Virus record (IMG/VR): IMGVR_UViG_3300043449_002710
Coordinates: 159,261 to 223,260 of that record
Strand: one strand, 5' to 3'
Length of the DNA stretch: 64,000 nucleotides
The number at the start of each line of letters is the position of its first letter. Positions within the stretch are counted from its first letter, which is position 1. The position numbers were made by a program, and so were the translations under genes. This document shows, in pieces, positions 29,353 to 38,066 of the stretch. The notes under the pieces were generated by a model, which ran no database searches, had not been told where the DNA came from, and was given only the letters and a program-made list of their open reading frames with translations.

Positions 29353-29677
29353 GATGCACACCTTTTGGTGCAAGATCTATATCGCAGGGCCAATCGATAT
29401 CGCCAAACAGCTTTTGCGAGAGGAATGCTCCAAGGGCCTTTGTGTGACGATCGAACCTACTTGGTATATTTACACAGGCGGGGAAGAAGCTGGCTATGTG
29501 GTTGGTCTTATCCAATATCCGAGATTTCCAAACTCTCAGGAAAACATCTTAACTAGGACTATTGAGATTGCCGAAATGTTGATGGAAAAAACCTACCAAT
29601 CTTCGGCATCCGTCATGACCCCAGAAGAGACTTTCTACTTAGAATCCAATAGCATCCGAAAATCCTCCCATTCTTGA
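29339..29677 (+). CDS. Hypothetical phage protein
   Basis: 112 aa; LCVTIEPTWYIYTGGEEAG...QYPRFP; coupled to the previous gene. Confidence 0.65.
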   Translation: MIKSKMHTFWCKIYIAGPIDIAKQLLREECSKGLCVTIEPTWYIYTGGEEAGYVVGLIQYPRFPNSQENILTRTIEIAEMLMEKTYQSSASVMTPEETFYLESNSIRKSSHS

Positions 29678-29702
29678 CTTTTTTGGTTTCATCCGGTACT
29701 CT
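29674..29702 (+). promoter_or_regulatory. Sigma70-like promoter; probable leaderless transcript
   Basis: TTGACT-17-TACTCT, ending 6 nt before the ATG at 29709. Confidence 0.55.
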
Positions 29703-29708
29703 TTAAAA

Positions 29709-30263
29709 ATGAAGAAGTATCCCACAGTTACAAAGGTTTTGACGCCTTTACGAGTAGAAGAACCTACTTGGACTCGTGAGAGCTTGCTTCAGAATTTCCG
29801 CCAACGCTCACGCGCCTTAGGCCGTTTGTCTCAAGGGCAAACTAGGATCGAAAGCCTTTATCCCAACGAGCACTTCTCCGATGATGACGTGGCGTTTGGG
29901 TATCTCACGAATTCTCAGGTCGTTGTCGCCTCCGATTTTGAAACCGAAGAGAAGGTCGCAGTCGGCTACATCGCTCATGTAGTGATGCTCGTGGCTTTGG
30001 GTTATGCCAAAGACGAAAACGATACGCACCCTAAGATTGACTATAAGGTTCGTGGGATCGTCAAAGCGGCTTTGCATCGCGATGTCATCTTTTGGGAAAC
30101 TCCAGAGGAACTTCTTTCGGACCCCGATCGGTTCTTTGCCCTTCAGAGCTGCTTGAATGAACTTCTAGATCGTGGGCTCATCTCTTCTGCCAACAAAGTC
30201 TATGGCGCTGGCACTGGCGCTACTCCCTCGCTCGGAACAGTAGGCCAACTTTTGAAAGCCTAA
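29709..30263 (+). CDS. Hypothetical protein with N-terminal KYP motif
   Basis: 184 aa; MKKYPTVTKVL. Confidence 0.7.
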   Translation: MKKYPTVTKVLTPLRVEEPTWTRESLLQNFRQRSRALGRLSQGQTRIESLYPNEHFSDDDVAFGYLTNSQVVVASDFETEEKVAVGYIAHVVMLVALGYAKDENDTHPKIDYKVRGIVKAALHRDVIFWETPEELLSDPDRFFALQSCLNELLDRGLISSANKVYGAGTGATPSLGTVGQLLKA

Positions 30264-30295
30264 GTGGTGCTTATTGTTTATAACAAGGCACTACC

Positions 30296-31156
30296 ATGAC
30301 TAAACTTAGTGAAAAGAAATACCCTGCTCTCAATAGGATTTTAAGCAGCAACAGCCTGATGATCAACATCGACGGCAAACTTTACACCCCCGAGCAACTC
30401 GACCAGATGGAAGGCGAGGAGATCAAGATCGAGGGCGATCTGATTTTACCCGATCATCTCGGGCTCACTCGATTTCCTGCCTGGGTATCTCGATGCGTGG
30501 TCTTAGGTAGTTTTTTATGCCCTCGGAACCGGCTCACTTCACTCGAAGGTGCTCCGCAAAGCGTAGGTGGGGATTTTATCTGCTACGATAATCAACTCAC
30601 GACTTTGAAAGGTGGCCCACAAAAGGTGGGCGGGAATTTTTTGTGCGACTCCAATCAACTCACGACTTTGGAAGGGGCTCCTAAAAAAGTGGGTAAAGAT
30701 TTTTCCTGCGCTAGAAACAATCTCACGAACCTCAAAGGCGCACCTCAAAAAATAAACGGCGTTTTTCATTGCGATCAAAACCAACTCACTTCACTCGAAG
30801 GTGCCCCGCAATCAGCGGGAAGTTTTTATTGTACCTCCAACCAGCTCACTACCCTTCGAGGCGCTCCCCAAGTAATCGAAAGTTTTGATTGCACCGACAA
30901 TCAACTGGTGAGTTTAGAAGGCGCACCTGAAAAAACCAGTAAGAGTTTTCGTTGTGGCGTAAACAAGCTCACTAGCCTCAAGGGCGCACCTAAAGAAGTG
31001 GGCTGGGAGTTTGCTTGCTTTGAGAACCAACTCACTTCACTCGAAGGTGCTCCAGCAAAAGTGGGGTGGGGTTTTGACTGCTCCAAGAACGCTAAAAAGT
31101 TCACCAAAAAAGACGTTCAAAACGTCTGTCAGGTGGGTTTGAAAATAAAGGTATGA
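30296..31156 (+). CDS. Leucine-rich-repeat-like protein (LTSLEGAP repeats) with N-terminal KYP motif
   Basis: Nine 20-21-aa repeats LTxLxGAPxxVGxxFxCxxNQ; KKYPALNRIL. Confidence 0.85.
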   Translation: MTKLSEKKYPALNRILSSNSLMINIDGKLYTPEQLDQMEGEEIKIEGDLILPDHLGLTRFPAWVSRCVVLGSFLCPRNRLTSLEGAPQSVGGDFICYDNQLTTLKGGPQKVGGNFLCDSNQLTTLEGAPKKVGKDFSCARNNLTNLKGAPQKINGVFHCDQNQLTSLEGAPQSAGSFYCTSNQLTTLRGAPQVIESFDCTDNQLVSLEGAPEKTSKSFRCGVNKLTSLKGAPKEVGWEFACFENQLTSLEGAPAKVGWGFDCSKNAKKFTKKDVQNVCQVGLKIKV

Positions 31157-31608
31157 GTATGAAAAGTTTGAATAAAAGAAAGTTCCCAAAGCTGTCAAAA
31201 GTATTAAGCTACATCGACAAAGCCGTCCCCAAAGAAATGTGTGACTGTGGTGCGACCTCCACGGGAAGCAACATGCACTCGACTTGGTGCAAAGGCGTGA
31301 AACCGGCTGAAGCTTCTAGCCAAGAGATCGAGAAGCTGGCCAAAAAATTCAGCGAGCTTTTGCGCTCGGATCATACCGCCGAAGAGATGGAAGAAGTGAT
31401 TGAAAAAAATCGCGAGCACAAGGCCAACGGAGATAATGGGATCTGCGCTACCCACGATATCTGTGACGCCAACATGGTCATGCTCGATGCTTTTAAAAGC
31501 GTCACCGGCAGAGAACCTAGCTTTTTAACAGACTCCGAAAACGAAGCCGATATGCCGCTTTGGAACAAAGCTTGGGAATTAGCCAAAGCTAATGAGTTCT
31601 GGGTCTAA
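31153..31608 (+). CDS. Hypothetical protein with N-terminal KFP motif
   Basis: 151 aa; RKFPKLSKVL; CDCG...HSTWC; ICATHDICDANMVM. Confidence 0.7.
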   Translation: MSMKSLNKRKFPKLSKVLSYIDKAVPKEMCDCGATSTGSNMHSTWCKGVKPAEASSQEIEKLAKKFSELLRSDHTAEEMEEVIEKNREHKANGDNGICATHDICDANMVMLDAFKSVTGREPSFLTDSENEADMPLWNKAWELAKANEFWV

Positions 31609-33419
31609 TCATCTAGGCATTTAACGTATTTGGCTTGACCCGCGTCATAGATCTTGTACCAGCCAAGTTCCTGTGCGTGCTGTGCTTGGGTTAATTTTCT
31701 CTCATCCATGTTTGCTCGACAGCGCAAGCGGTTAAAAGTGTTAACCCCATCTGTCCATTGCCATCCTAGTGTTGTCTTCTCAAGGTGAAAGCCGTGCTCC
31801 AAAAGATGTTTTCCTGTCCCATACCGAAGATCCACGTAGTTGATAATTTCCCCCTTTTTAAATTGAGAGATTTCTAAAGCTTTTTTAAGAAGTCTAGAAA
31901 AGCCTCCAACTACAGAAATAAAAGGCTTGGTGCAAAACCGACTGACGTGGAACTCTTGGCCCACAACACGATAACTCATGGCAGCTATAATTTCCCCCCG
32001 GTAACTTAGCGCTAAAGACTTTGCCGGAGTATAACCCATGAGATGGTTGGTATGGAAAAAAGCTTTTGCGTCGAATTCAGAAGTGATCTCGCATTTTCTA
32101 GCGAAAATCTTTTCCGAGTTTTTACCCAGAGCATTCCAAACAATCGATTTTACGATATCTGGTTTTTGGCGGATCTCATCCTCACGGAATTGAAAAAGTC
32201 TTTTTCCGTACTTTTTAAAAAGTTCTCTCCTCTTCAGGTGAGAATACTTATCCTCTACCCGAATTTCGGAGTGCCAAAAAATACCATCGGCTTCTAAATA
32301 GATATCCTCTGTTAATTTAAAGTCTGGTTTTATTTTAGATTTTTCTGGTAATAACCATTCGGGGGTAGCACCGTATCTAGTTATTTCTAATAGATCAGCT
32401 ACTTTTTCTTCTAATTTTCTAAGGGTAACCGCTCGCGCAGGGTGACCGTGCCCCATTAACACCGAGTTTGGTTTTGCCCACCATTCCCCATATTTCTCAT
32501 CTATAAAACGAGCGGGTTCCAGAGATTTTTTATAGGTAGAAAAGTCTAAAGTCACATGAGGGAATAATTTTTTAATGCGTTCTTGCACTTGTTCTGGAGG
32601 TATAATCGCTTTTTGACGTTGTCTTGCTTGATGTCTTCTATTTTTGTGTAGCATTAGCCTTTGTGGTTGGACCCACCATTCACCGTACTCGACATCTATA
32701 AAACGAGCCTTTGTTGTTACATTTACAAAAGTAGATTCATCGAGTGTTATTTCAGGCCGGTTTGAAAGAGCTTTTTTTACGTCCTCGATCGTATAAACGG
32801 GATTGCCAGTTCTTTTTGGGTGGCACTGCCCCTTCATGATGTTGTTTGGAAACGCCCACCATTCACCGTATTCGTCATCAACAAACAAAGCTTTCTTATC
32901 CACGGACTCATAAGTCTCTTCTACCAATCGCATAAAAGGCCTACTCGGGTACTTCTGATAGCCTTCTTGGATGCGTCTCTGAACCTCGGCTGCGGGTAGT
33001 GCTCGAATAAAAGCGTCCCGCTTAGGGTGCTTGGTTTGATGGTGCTTGATTACAAATTGAGGCTCTGCCCAATACTCTCCAAACTTTTCATCAATGAACC
33101 GCGCCTGGATAGAAAGGCCTTTGTAGGTGGACTCGTCCAGCCGCATATAGGGATGAATCCGAATCACTTCTGCCTGGATTTCGTCAACGGTCAAGCCGCG
33201 TTGATTTTTGAGCCTCTTCGGATGCTGCTTTTTACCCCTAAGAATCTCAGCAGGAACAGCCTCAAATTCCCCATGCTCGGAGTCCCTAAATCGAATTCGA
33301 GTCGCGGTATTGACATACTCCCCAAAATCAAAACTTAGGTGAGGTTGCGGGGGGACTGTTTCAGATCCCTTGTGGATTCTTTCTAAGATCTCTTGAGGGC
33401 TTTTTGGTTTTACTGCCAT
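31605..33419 (-). CDS. Homing-endonuclease-like protein: five DUF723-like repeats, VSR/PD-(D/E)xK nuclease, Mom-like GNAT C-terminus
   Basis: Repeats (A)RFIDExYGEWWAxP; KPDF...LEADGIFWH...LFQFREDE; FARKCEI...NHLMG...SRFC...GGFSRLL...YVDLRY...IYDAG. Confidence 0.7.
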   Translation of the reverse strand: MAVKPKSPQEILERIHKGSETVPPQPHLSFDFGEYVNTATRIRFRDSEHGEFEAVPAEILRGKKQHPKRLKNQRGLTVDEIQAEVIRIHPYMRLDESTYKGLSIQARFIDEKFGEYWAEPQFVIKHHQTKHPKRDAFIRALPAAEVQRRIQEGYQKYPSRPFMRLVEETYESVDKKALFVDDEYGEWWAFPNNIMKGQCHPKRTGNPVYTIEDVKKALSNRPEITLDESTFVNVTTKARFIDVEYGEWWVQPQRLMLHKNRRHQARQRQKAIIPPEQVQERIKKLFPHVTLDFSTYKKSLEPARFIDEKYGEWWAKPNSVLMGHGHPARAVTLRKLEEKVADLLEITRYGATPEWLLPEKSKIKPDFKLTEDIYLEADGIFWHSEIRVEDKYSHLKRRELFKKYGKRLFQFREDEIRQKPDIVKSIVWNALGKNSEKIFARKCEITSEFDAKAFFHTNHLMGYTPAKSLALSYRGEIIAAMSYRVVGQEFHVSRFCTKPFISVVGGFSRLLKKALEISQFKKGEIINYVDLRYGTGKHLLEHGFHLEKTTLGWQWTDGVNTFNRLRCRANMDERKLTQAQHAQELGWYKIYDAGQAKYVKCLDD

Positions 33420-33441
33420 AAATACTCTTATTATTAGTTAT

Positions 33442-34209
33442 ATGGATAATAGGACTATAGTTTTAGGAAGCACAGTGTCAACCGAAGAAACGCGCATCTG
33501 TAAGCTAGATGACGTTCGAAATCAGAATTTTGTTTTAGCTGCGGAAACGAGTGCTGGGCCTTTAAGCAAGACCTTTTTAGAAATCGATTATTCATGGCTT
33601 CCTCTCTGTGCTGACACCTATAAGATTTCTCCGAACATCCAAGACTATGTTTTTGTTCAGGTTCCAATTATAACAAGCGATACTCCAAATCGCAATCTTC
33701 AAAGTTTTCCATTTTTAGAAATTAGTTCCTGGGACGTGAATCAGGGCTCTCCAGTTTATAAAACTTTCGTAGGTAAACCCACCTACACCAACCACAAAAA
33801 CAACACGATCCCGCATCTTGCCAAAGGCGTTCATTTCGACTCAGCCCTCCAGTACGTTCCTAAGTACGACATCTACAAGATCAACGTGCTTTTGGGATTT
33901 GATAAGTCAAAAGATCCGGGCCTGTGTGAAGCGATCCTGAAGAACAAAGGCGTCACCGGCTACTCGATGGGCAGCATGGTGAGTACCTTCCTTGATTCTG
34001 TTACTGGGAAATATATCGGTCTCAACGATCCCGAGTACAAAAAACATCGAGGCGCAATCGACAAAGCAACAGGAAGACTTCGCTACTTGTCTTGTATCGG
34101 AGCCACCTTCTTTGAAACTTCGTGCTTAGGAGATTTCGGTCGAGGCGACCCAGGGGAGCCACCGGCTGATTCAGAAGCTAACAATTTGAATTCATTCGTC
34201 TTTTTGTAA
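33442..34209 (+). CDS. Putative prohead (capsid maturation) serine protease, HK97/herpes fold
   Basis: PNRNLQSF, TFVGKPTYTNH, GYSMG (candidate catalytic Ser), FFETS...PPAD, matching the His...GxSxG...ExS..PA pattern of S78/S21-type proteases. Confidence 0.65.
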   Translation: MDNRTIVLGSTVSTEETRICKLDDVRNQNFVLAAETSAGPLSKTFLEIDYSWLPLCADTYKISPNIQDYVFVQVPIITSDTPNRNLQSFPFLEISSWDVNQGSPVYKTFVGKPTYTNHKNNTIPHLAKGVHFDSALQYVPKYDIYKINVLLGFDKSKDPGLCEAILKNKGVTGYSMGSMVSTFLDSVTGKYIGLNDPEYKKHRGAIDKATGRLRYLSCIGATFFETSCLGDFGRGDPGEPPADSEANNLNSFVFL

Positions 34210-34240
34210 TTACGGTCTGGATCTCTTGAAAGCAAACAAC

Positions 34241-34269
34241 TTGACATTCCGCGTTATGTTTGGTACTTT
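34241..34269 (+). promoter_or_regulatory. Sigma70 consensus promoter
   Basis: TTGACA-17-TACTTT upstream of GAGG and the ATG at 34293. Confidence 0.65.
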
Positions 34270-34292
34270 AACCAAAAGGATTGAGGTTTGAG

Positions 34293-34433
34293 ATGATCCA
34301 CGCAAATAAATATCCCGTAGTTGCAAAGGCCCTAAAGTCCAAGAAAAAGTCCGAGAAAAAGTCCGATAAAAATTACACTTTAAGCGTTTTGCCTTTCAGC
34401 GCATCACGGGCTATACCTTGGTTAATAAAATGA
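34293..34433 (+). CDS. 46-aa ORF with KYP motif (below the ORF-track cutoff; possibly truncated)
   Basis: MIHANKYPVVAKALKSKKKSEKK...; has promoter and RBS; the 3' end overlaps a convergent gene. Confidence 0.45.
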   Translation: MIHANKYPVVAKALKSKKKSEKKSDKNYTLSVLPFSASRAIPWLIK

Positions 34434-34639
34434 TGCTTTGCTAAGATTTCGTTGTTTTCATCGTCACTGTTGCACAGCTCAGTTCCGTAGGTTGTTGTAG
34501 CGATTTGCTCCAACGCCTCCCGAAGCTTCTCTACCTCCATCGCTTGCTTGACGACTCTTCTAAAAACACCGGGATCAATCCTAGTGTGGTCGCGGTCGTT
34601 GTAAAGTTCGTTCAGTTCTTCCATAGAAAGATCGGTCAT
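34373..34639 (-). CDS. Hypothetical 88-aa phage protein
   Basis: GGAGG RBS before the ATG at 34639 (MTDLSMEELNELY...). Confidence 0.6.
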   Translation of the reverse strand: MTDLSMEELNELYNDRDHTRIDPGVFRRVVKQAMEVEKLREALEQIATTTYGTELCNSDDENNEILAKHHFINQGIARDALKGKTLKV

Positions 34640-34666
34640 TTGTCCTCCAGTGCTGCCTTGGCTTTT

Positions 34667-34927
34667 GTGCCTATTTCTGTCATCCGGTTTAGCAACCCCA
34701 ATAATAGTAGATTCCACCCTACCGAAAAACCCGTCCCACTTCTGGAATACCTAATCCGAACTTACACAAACGAGGATGAAACCGTTCTGGATAACTGCAT
34801 GGGTTCAGGCTCAACCGGCGTAGCGGCGGTGAACACAAACCGCCGTTTCATCGGGATTGAAAAAGAGTTGAAGTATTTTGAGATCGCCAAAAAACGGATC
34901 AACGATGCCAAACCTATGTTCCCGTAA
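34667..34927 (+). pseudogene. C-terminal fragment of a beta-class N6A/N4C DNA methyltransferase
   Basis: PISVIRF...HPTEKPVPLLEYLIRTYT...VLDNCMGSGSTGVAA...FIGIE; no DPPY catalytic half, no RBS. Confidence 0.8.
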
Positions 34928-34952
34928 TCATTGACCTATTTATTGAGGGCAG

Positions 34953-35147
34953 GTGAAATCTAGTATCCCGCCCTTTTTTTATTATTACACCAAAAAAACC
35001 CACTCGAAATACATTGATACTCCGGTGCGGTTTCAAGCGGCCAGGCTTTACACGACTCAGATGAATGCCGAGCGAGTCTGCTGGACCGTAGCTCACCTCA
35101 TTTGCTTGAAGGAAGGCTACGAGCCGCAAGGTCCGATCGAGATTTAA
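34953..35147 (+). CDS. Hypothetical protein
   Basis: 64-aa ORF filling the gap between genes; no recognisable motif. Confidence 0.35.
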   Translation: MKSSIPPFFYYYTKKTHSKYIDTPVRFQAARLYTTQMNAERVCWTVAHLICLKEGYEPQGPIEI

Positions 35148-35719
35148 AAACGAATGTTATAAGTGATGTGTGGGGAGAAATGAAACTTCCCACCTTTTTG
35201 TTCGATCGCTAAAAGGAGCATGAAGTCTTCTGCGCCGCTATTAAAGAATCTCAAGGAATGCTTATCTAAGAAGCTTTTCCTAACCGCAAAAGAGATCCCA
35301 GTTTGCATAATCATGGGCTTTTGAATTCCTAACCTAGGAATAACGTTCGTGTCCGAAGGATCGTAGCTCATTCTAAACATCACCACGTCATAGTCTTGGT
35401 TGGCCAATTCTTGAAGCTTCTCGATATAATCTGGTCTGAAAGTATCGTCGTCATCCAAAAAACAGACCCACTCAGTGGCTGCAAAGTCTAATAAAACATT
35501 ACGAACCGAACCACCATGATTTAACCCGCCTCCGACTTTGGGCAGAAAGAAGTAAGAAATCCTAGGATCTTGCACAGTGAGATCTGAAACCGCTTCTTTT
35601 TTCAGGCCATCAAACCCCACGGCAGCCAACCAGTTGGGGTTGGTCTGTGAGATCAAGGAATTCAGAGTTCTGGTGATTGTTTTTCTTCCGATGCTTGGGA
35701 TGATGACAGTGACGCTCAT
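35144..35719 (-). CDS. GT2-family glycosyltransferase (short)
   Basis: VTVIIPSIGR...SVRNVLL...WVCFLDDDD...AEDF. Confidence 0.8.
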   Translation of the reverse strand: MSVTVIIPSIGRKTITRTLNSLISQTNPNWLAAVGFDGLKKEAVSDLTVQDPRISYFFLPKVGGGLNHGGSVRNVLLDFAATEWVCFLDDDDTFRPDYIEKLQELANQDYDVVMFRMSYDPSDTNVIPRLGIQKPMIMQTGISFAVRKSFLDKHSLRFFNSGAEDFMLLLAIEQKGGKFHFSPHITYNIRF

Positions 35720-35940
35720 GCAGGGGTTTTACTAAAAACGAACCATTGCGGTTTTCTGTCATCTTGAATTTGAATGGTATCGTCATCAATAGCAAAGGGA
35801 TTTTGACCACCCACGTTATACCACACGCCAAAAAGCGTCAACGGAGCAGAAGACTTGATTTCCCAGATCTTAAAAGCAACATCGAGCATGGATCGGTGGC
35901 GGATTAAATTGCCTGGAATAAAAATAGTAGTTTCAGCCAT
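35716..35940 (-). CDS. Hypothetical 74-aa protein
   Basis: Internal ATG (MAETTIF) of the tracked ORF; ATGA-type overlap with the GT2 gene. Confidence 0.5.
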   Translation of the reverse strand: MAETTIFIPGNLIRHRSMLDVAFKIWEIKSSAPLTLFGVWYNVGGQNPFAIDDDTIQIQDDRKPQWFVFSKTPA

Positions 35941-36010
35941 AAAAAGAGGCAGGCTAGGGGAAATGGCAACCCTAACCTGCCATTGAGCACGAAGGTTTTT
36001 GCCCTTGATG

Positions 36011-36328
36011 CTACCAAGCCCCCGACTGTTGCAGATAATTTTCGGAACCCATTCCCGTTGAGGAGATCTCAACTACTTCTGTCTCTGCGAGGGCTTTTAA
36101 ATGCTGTATCAGTTCTGGCTGCGCGTGGAAAGAATCTCCTGGGCCCAAGATTTGTTTTTCACTCGTTTGTTCTAATTCCACTTCCCCAGAGATAATCAGA
36201 AGGGATTTTTCTTCGCCGTAAGAAAAGCAAAGAGTTTGGTTTTTATATAAATGCAAAACTTTAGCTGTGTACTTCTCCGCCTGAGCCCAAATCACTTCAA
36301 AACCCCAAGGTTTTGTGACCTTCTCCAT
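36011..36328 (-). CDS. Cupin-fold protein (mannose-6-phosphate-isomerase-like, degenerate)
   Basis: VTKPWGFE...KVLHL...IISGEVEL...GPGDSFH...QHLKA...VVEISS. Confidence 0.7.
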   Translation of the reverse strand: MEKVTKPWGFEVIWAQAEKYTAKVLHLYKNQTLCFSYGEEKSLLIISGEVELEQTSEKQILGPGDSFHAQPELIQHLKALAETEVVEISSTGMGSENYLQQSGAW

Positions 36329-36435
36329 AGCTAGCTTCCCCCATTATATATTTTTCTTTAATTCCTACAGCATTGGAATAGGTTTAGCAACTTAGAGATT
36401 GACTTAACGAAGTTATAGGATAAAAATTACCCTTT

Positions 36436-36524
36436 CGAAGAATCAATTAGTTAACTCGATTGACTGAGATTCTTCGGCACTCAAACAAAGAATCAATAGT
36501 TAACCTAGTGGTTGACTGAGATTC
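36436..36524. repeat. Two direct copies of an imperfect palindrome upstream of the Zn-finger/HTH gene
   Basis: GAATCAATTAGTTAAC..TTGACTGAGATTC (36440-36472) and GAATCAATAGTTAAC..TTGACTGAGATTC (36490-36524); the first is closed by CGAAGAATC/GATTCTTCG. Confidence 0.75.
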
Positions 36525-36548
36525 CACCCTTCTACAAGGAGCTAAGGG

Positions 36549-37040
36549 ATGTCAGAAGAAATGAAAGTCCAGCAACAGGACACTTGGGCGGTCATGCAAA
36601 CAAAGGCCGCAAACACCAACGCAAAAGAATCCATTATCAAAGGCGATCCAGTTCTTTGTTACCCATGTATGCGGGTCAATAAAGAATATAAGCTTTGCTC
36701 TTCCTACTGCAATAAATGTAACCGAGGCTTTTGTCATCACCATGGCAATTTCCAGCGTGGTGCGGGGATTTGCATCTACTGTGGTATGACAAAAAACGAA
36801 GTTGTGTCATTGGTCAAGAGTTTCAAATCCGTCAGGATCTTAGATAAAGAGGACGCAGCGGATCTGATCGAGAAGGCTTATTCTTTGCTTAAAAGTACGC
36901 CGGTTGAGTTAAGGACCCAAGCTTTTGAATTATTGGATCAAGGGTTAGACGCGCCCGAGATCGCTCAAAAGCTGGGGTTAAGAACTCAGCAAGTGGCGGC
37001 CTGGAGAGCGCATCGCACCAGGAAAACCTATTCGTCCTGA
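36549..37040 (+). CDS. Cys/His Zn-finger plus C-terminal HTH protein
   Basis: CYPC...CNKCNRGFCHHH...CIYC; LLDQGLDAPEIAQKLGLRTQQVAAW; AAGGAG RBS. Confidence 0.7.
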   Translation: MSEEMKVQQQDTWAVMQTKAANTNAKESIIKGDPVLCYPCMRVNKEYKLCSSYCNKCNRGFCHHHGNFQRGAGICIYCGMTKNEVVSLVKSFKSVRILDKEDAADLIEKAYSLLKSTPVELRTQAFELLDQGLDAPEIAQKLGLRTQQVAAWRAHRTRKTYSS

Positions 37041-37051
37041 TTGACCCTCTT

Positions 37052-37082
37052 ACCCTCAGGGGATTATCCCCTGGGGGTTTTC
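37052..37082. terminator. Terminator between convergent genes
   Basis: ACCCTCAGGGGA-TTA-TCCCCTGGGGGT followed by TTTT. Confidence 0.65.
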
Positions 37083-38056
37083 ATTGCCCAAGCTTTCAGA
37101 TGCGCGGTGGGCTTTTCTGACAGCGACAAAAACTCTGCGTAAAGGGTACTGAAAAATCCCATCCTCTTAGCGGATAGGTCCACTGCCCCTTGCCAAACCA
37201 GTCTTTCCACTTGGGTTTGAATTAAAAGAAGTTCCTTGGAAGACAAAGCGGGATTCAATCCGGCGCTCACCATCCAAGAGGCTTCCAAATAGCGAAGCAT
37301 CTTGTCGAAAAAGAGTTTCCGATTTTCGTCTTTAACAGCCTGAGAATACAAAAAAAGCTTTTTAGTGTTGTTTTCAACTAAAGCTTGAAAGAAATTCTCG
37401 ACAACCAAGATCTCTTGAAGCAACGGGCTTTCTTGACCTTCGGTTGCATAGGCATTGCTCTCGGCCAATGCGATGGCTCTACCCGGGTTACCAGAAGCCA
37501 CTTCAACGATTGTCGCAATGGTGACTGGCTTCAACTCGGCGGGCAACCCCGAGAGGATCTCAATCATCGCATCTTCGTCATAATCCGAGAGCTTGATCTC
37601 GTAGAAGCGGCGTTTGAATGTGGGCAAAAGCTGCTCGGGGTTTGAAGTGCAAGCCACCACAATCGTTGAAGCAGGAAGTTGCTCTAGAGGGGTTAAAAAA
37701 GCTTGCTGAGCATTAGAAACCATTTGATGGCATTCGTCTAAGATCAATACCCGGTACTTGCCGCGCACTGGCGAGAAATTCAGAGTGTCCACGAGATTTC
37801 GAGCGTCTTCTAGCGTTCTCATACTCGCGCAGTTGATCTCTTGGATATCGTTAGGATGCGCCCCTAAGCTTTGGCAGACGGCAATCCCTAAAGTCGTTTT
37901 GCCTAATCCCGATCCGCCTGTGATCATGAGGTTTCGAGACACTTGCCCTTCTGGGACTCCGCGCACCCAAGAGAGCACGCGCTCTTTCACATCGGCTGAA
38001 CAAAACACGTATTGATCAAGTTTCGGACGATACGTTCTAAGACCGTTAGCTAACAC
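37064..38056 (-). CDS. dnaX: DNA polymerase III gamma/tau-like clamp-loader subunit
   Basis: LRTYRP, Walker A GGSGLGKTT, EINCAS, KYRVLILDECHQM, AQQAFL..LE; GTG start after AAGGAG. Confidence 0.85.
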   Translation of the reverse strand: MLANGLRTYRPKLDQYVFCSADVKERVLSWVRGVPEGQVSRNLMITGGSGLGKTTLGIAVCQSLGAHPNDIQEINCASMRTLEDARNLVDTLNFSPVRGKYRVLILDECHQMVSNAQQAFLTPLEQLPASTIVVACTSNPEQLLPTFKRRFYEIKLSDYDEDAMIEILSGLPAELKPVTIATIVEVASGNPGRAIALAESNAYATEGQESPLLQEILVVENFFQALVENNTKKLFLYSQAVKDENRKLFFDKMLRYLEASWMVSAGLNPALSSKELLLIQTQVERLVWQGAVDLSAKRMGFFSTLYAEFLSLSEKPTAHLKAWAMKTPRG

Positions 38057-38066
38057 TGATACTCCT

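Noticed and set aside
30500-31100. Possible DGR template/variable repeat pair in the LRR gene
   Set aside because: Differences between repeats are not confined to adenines, and no reverse transcriptase is in the window.
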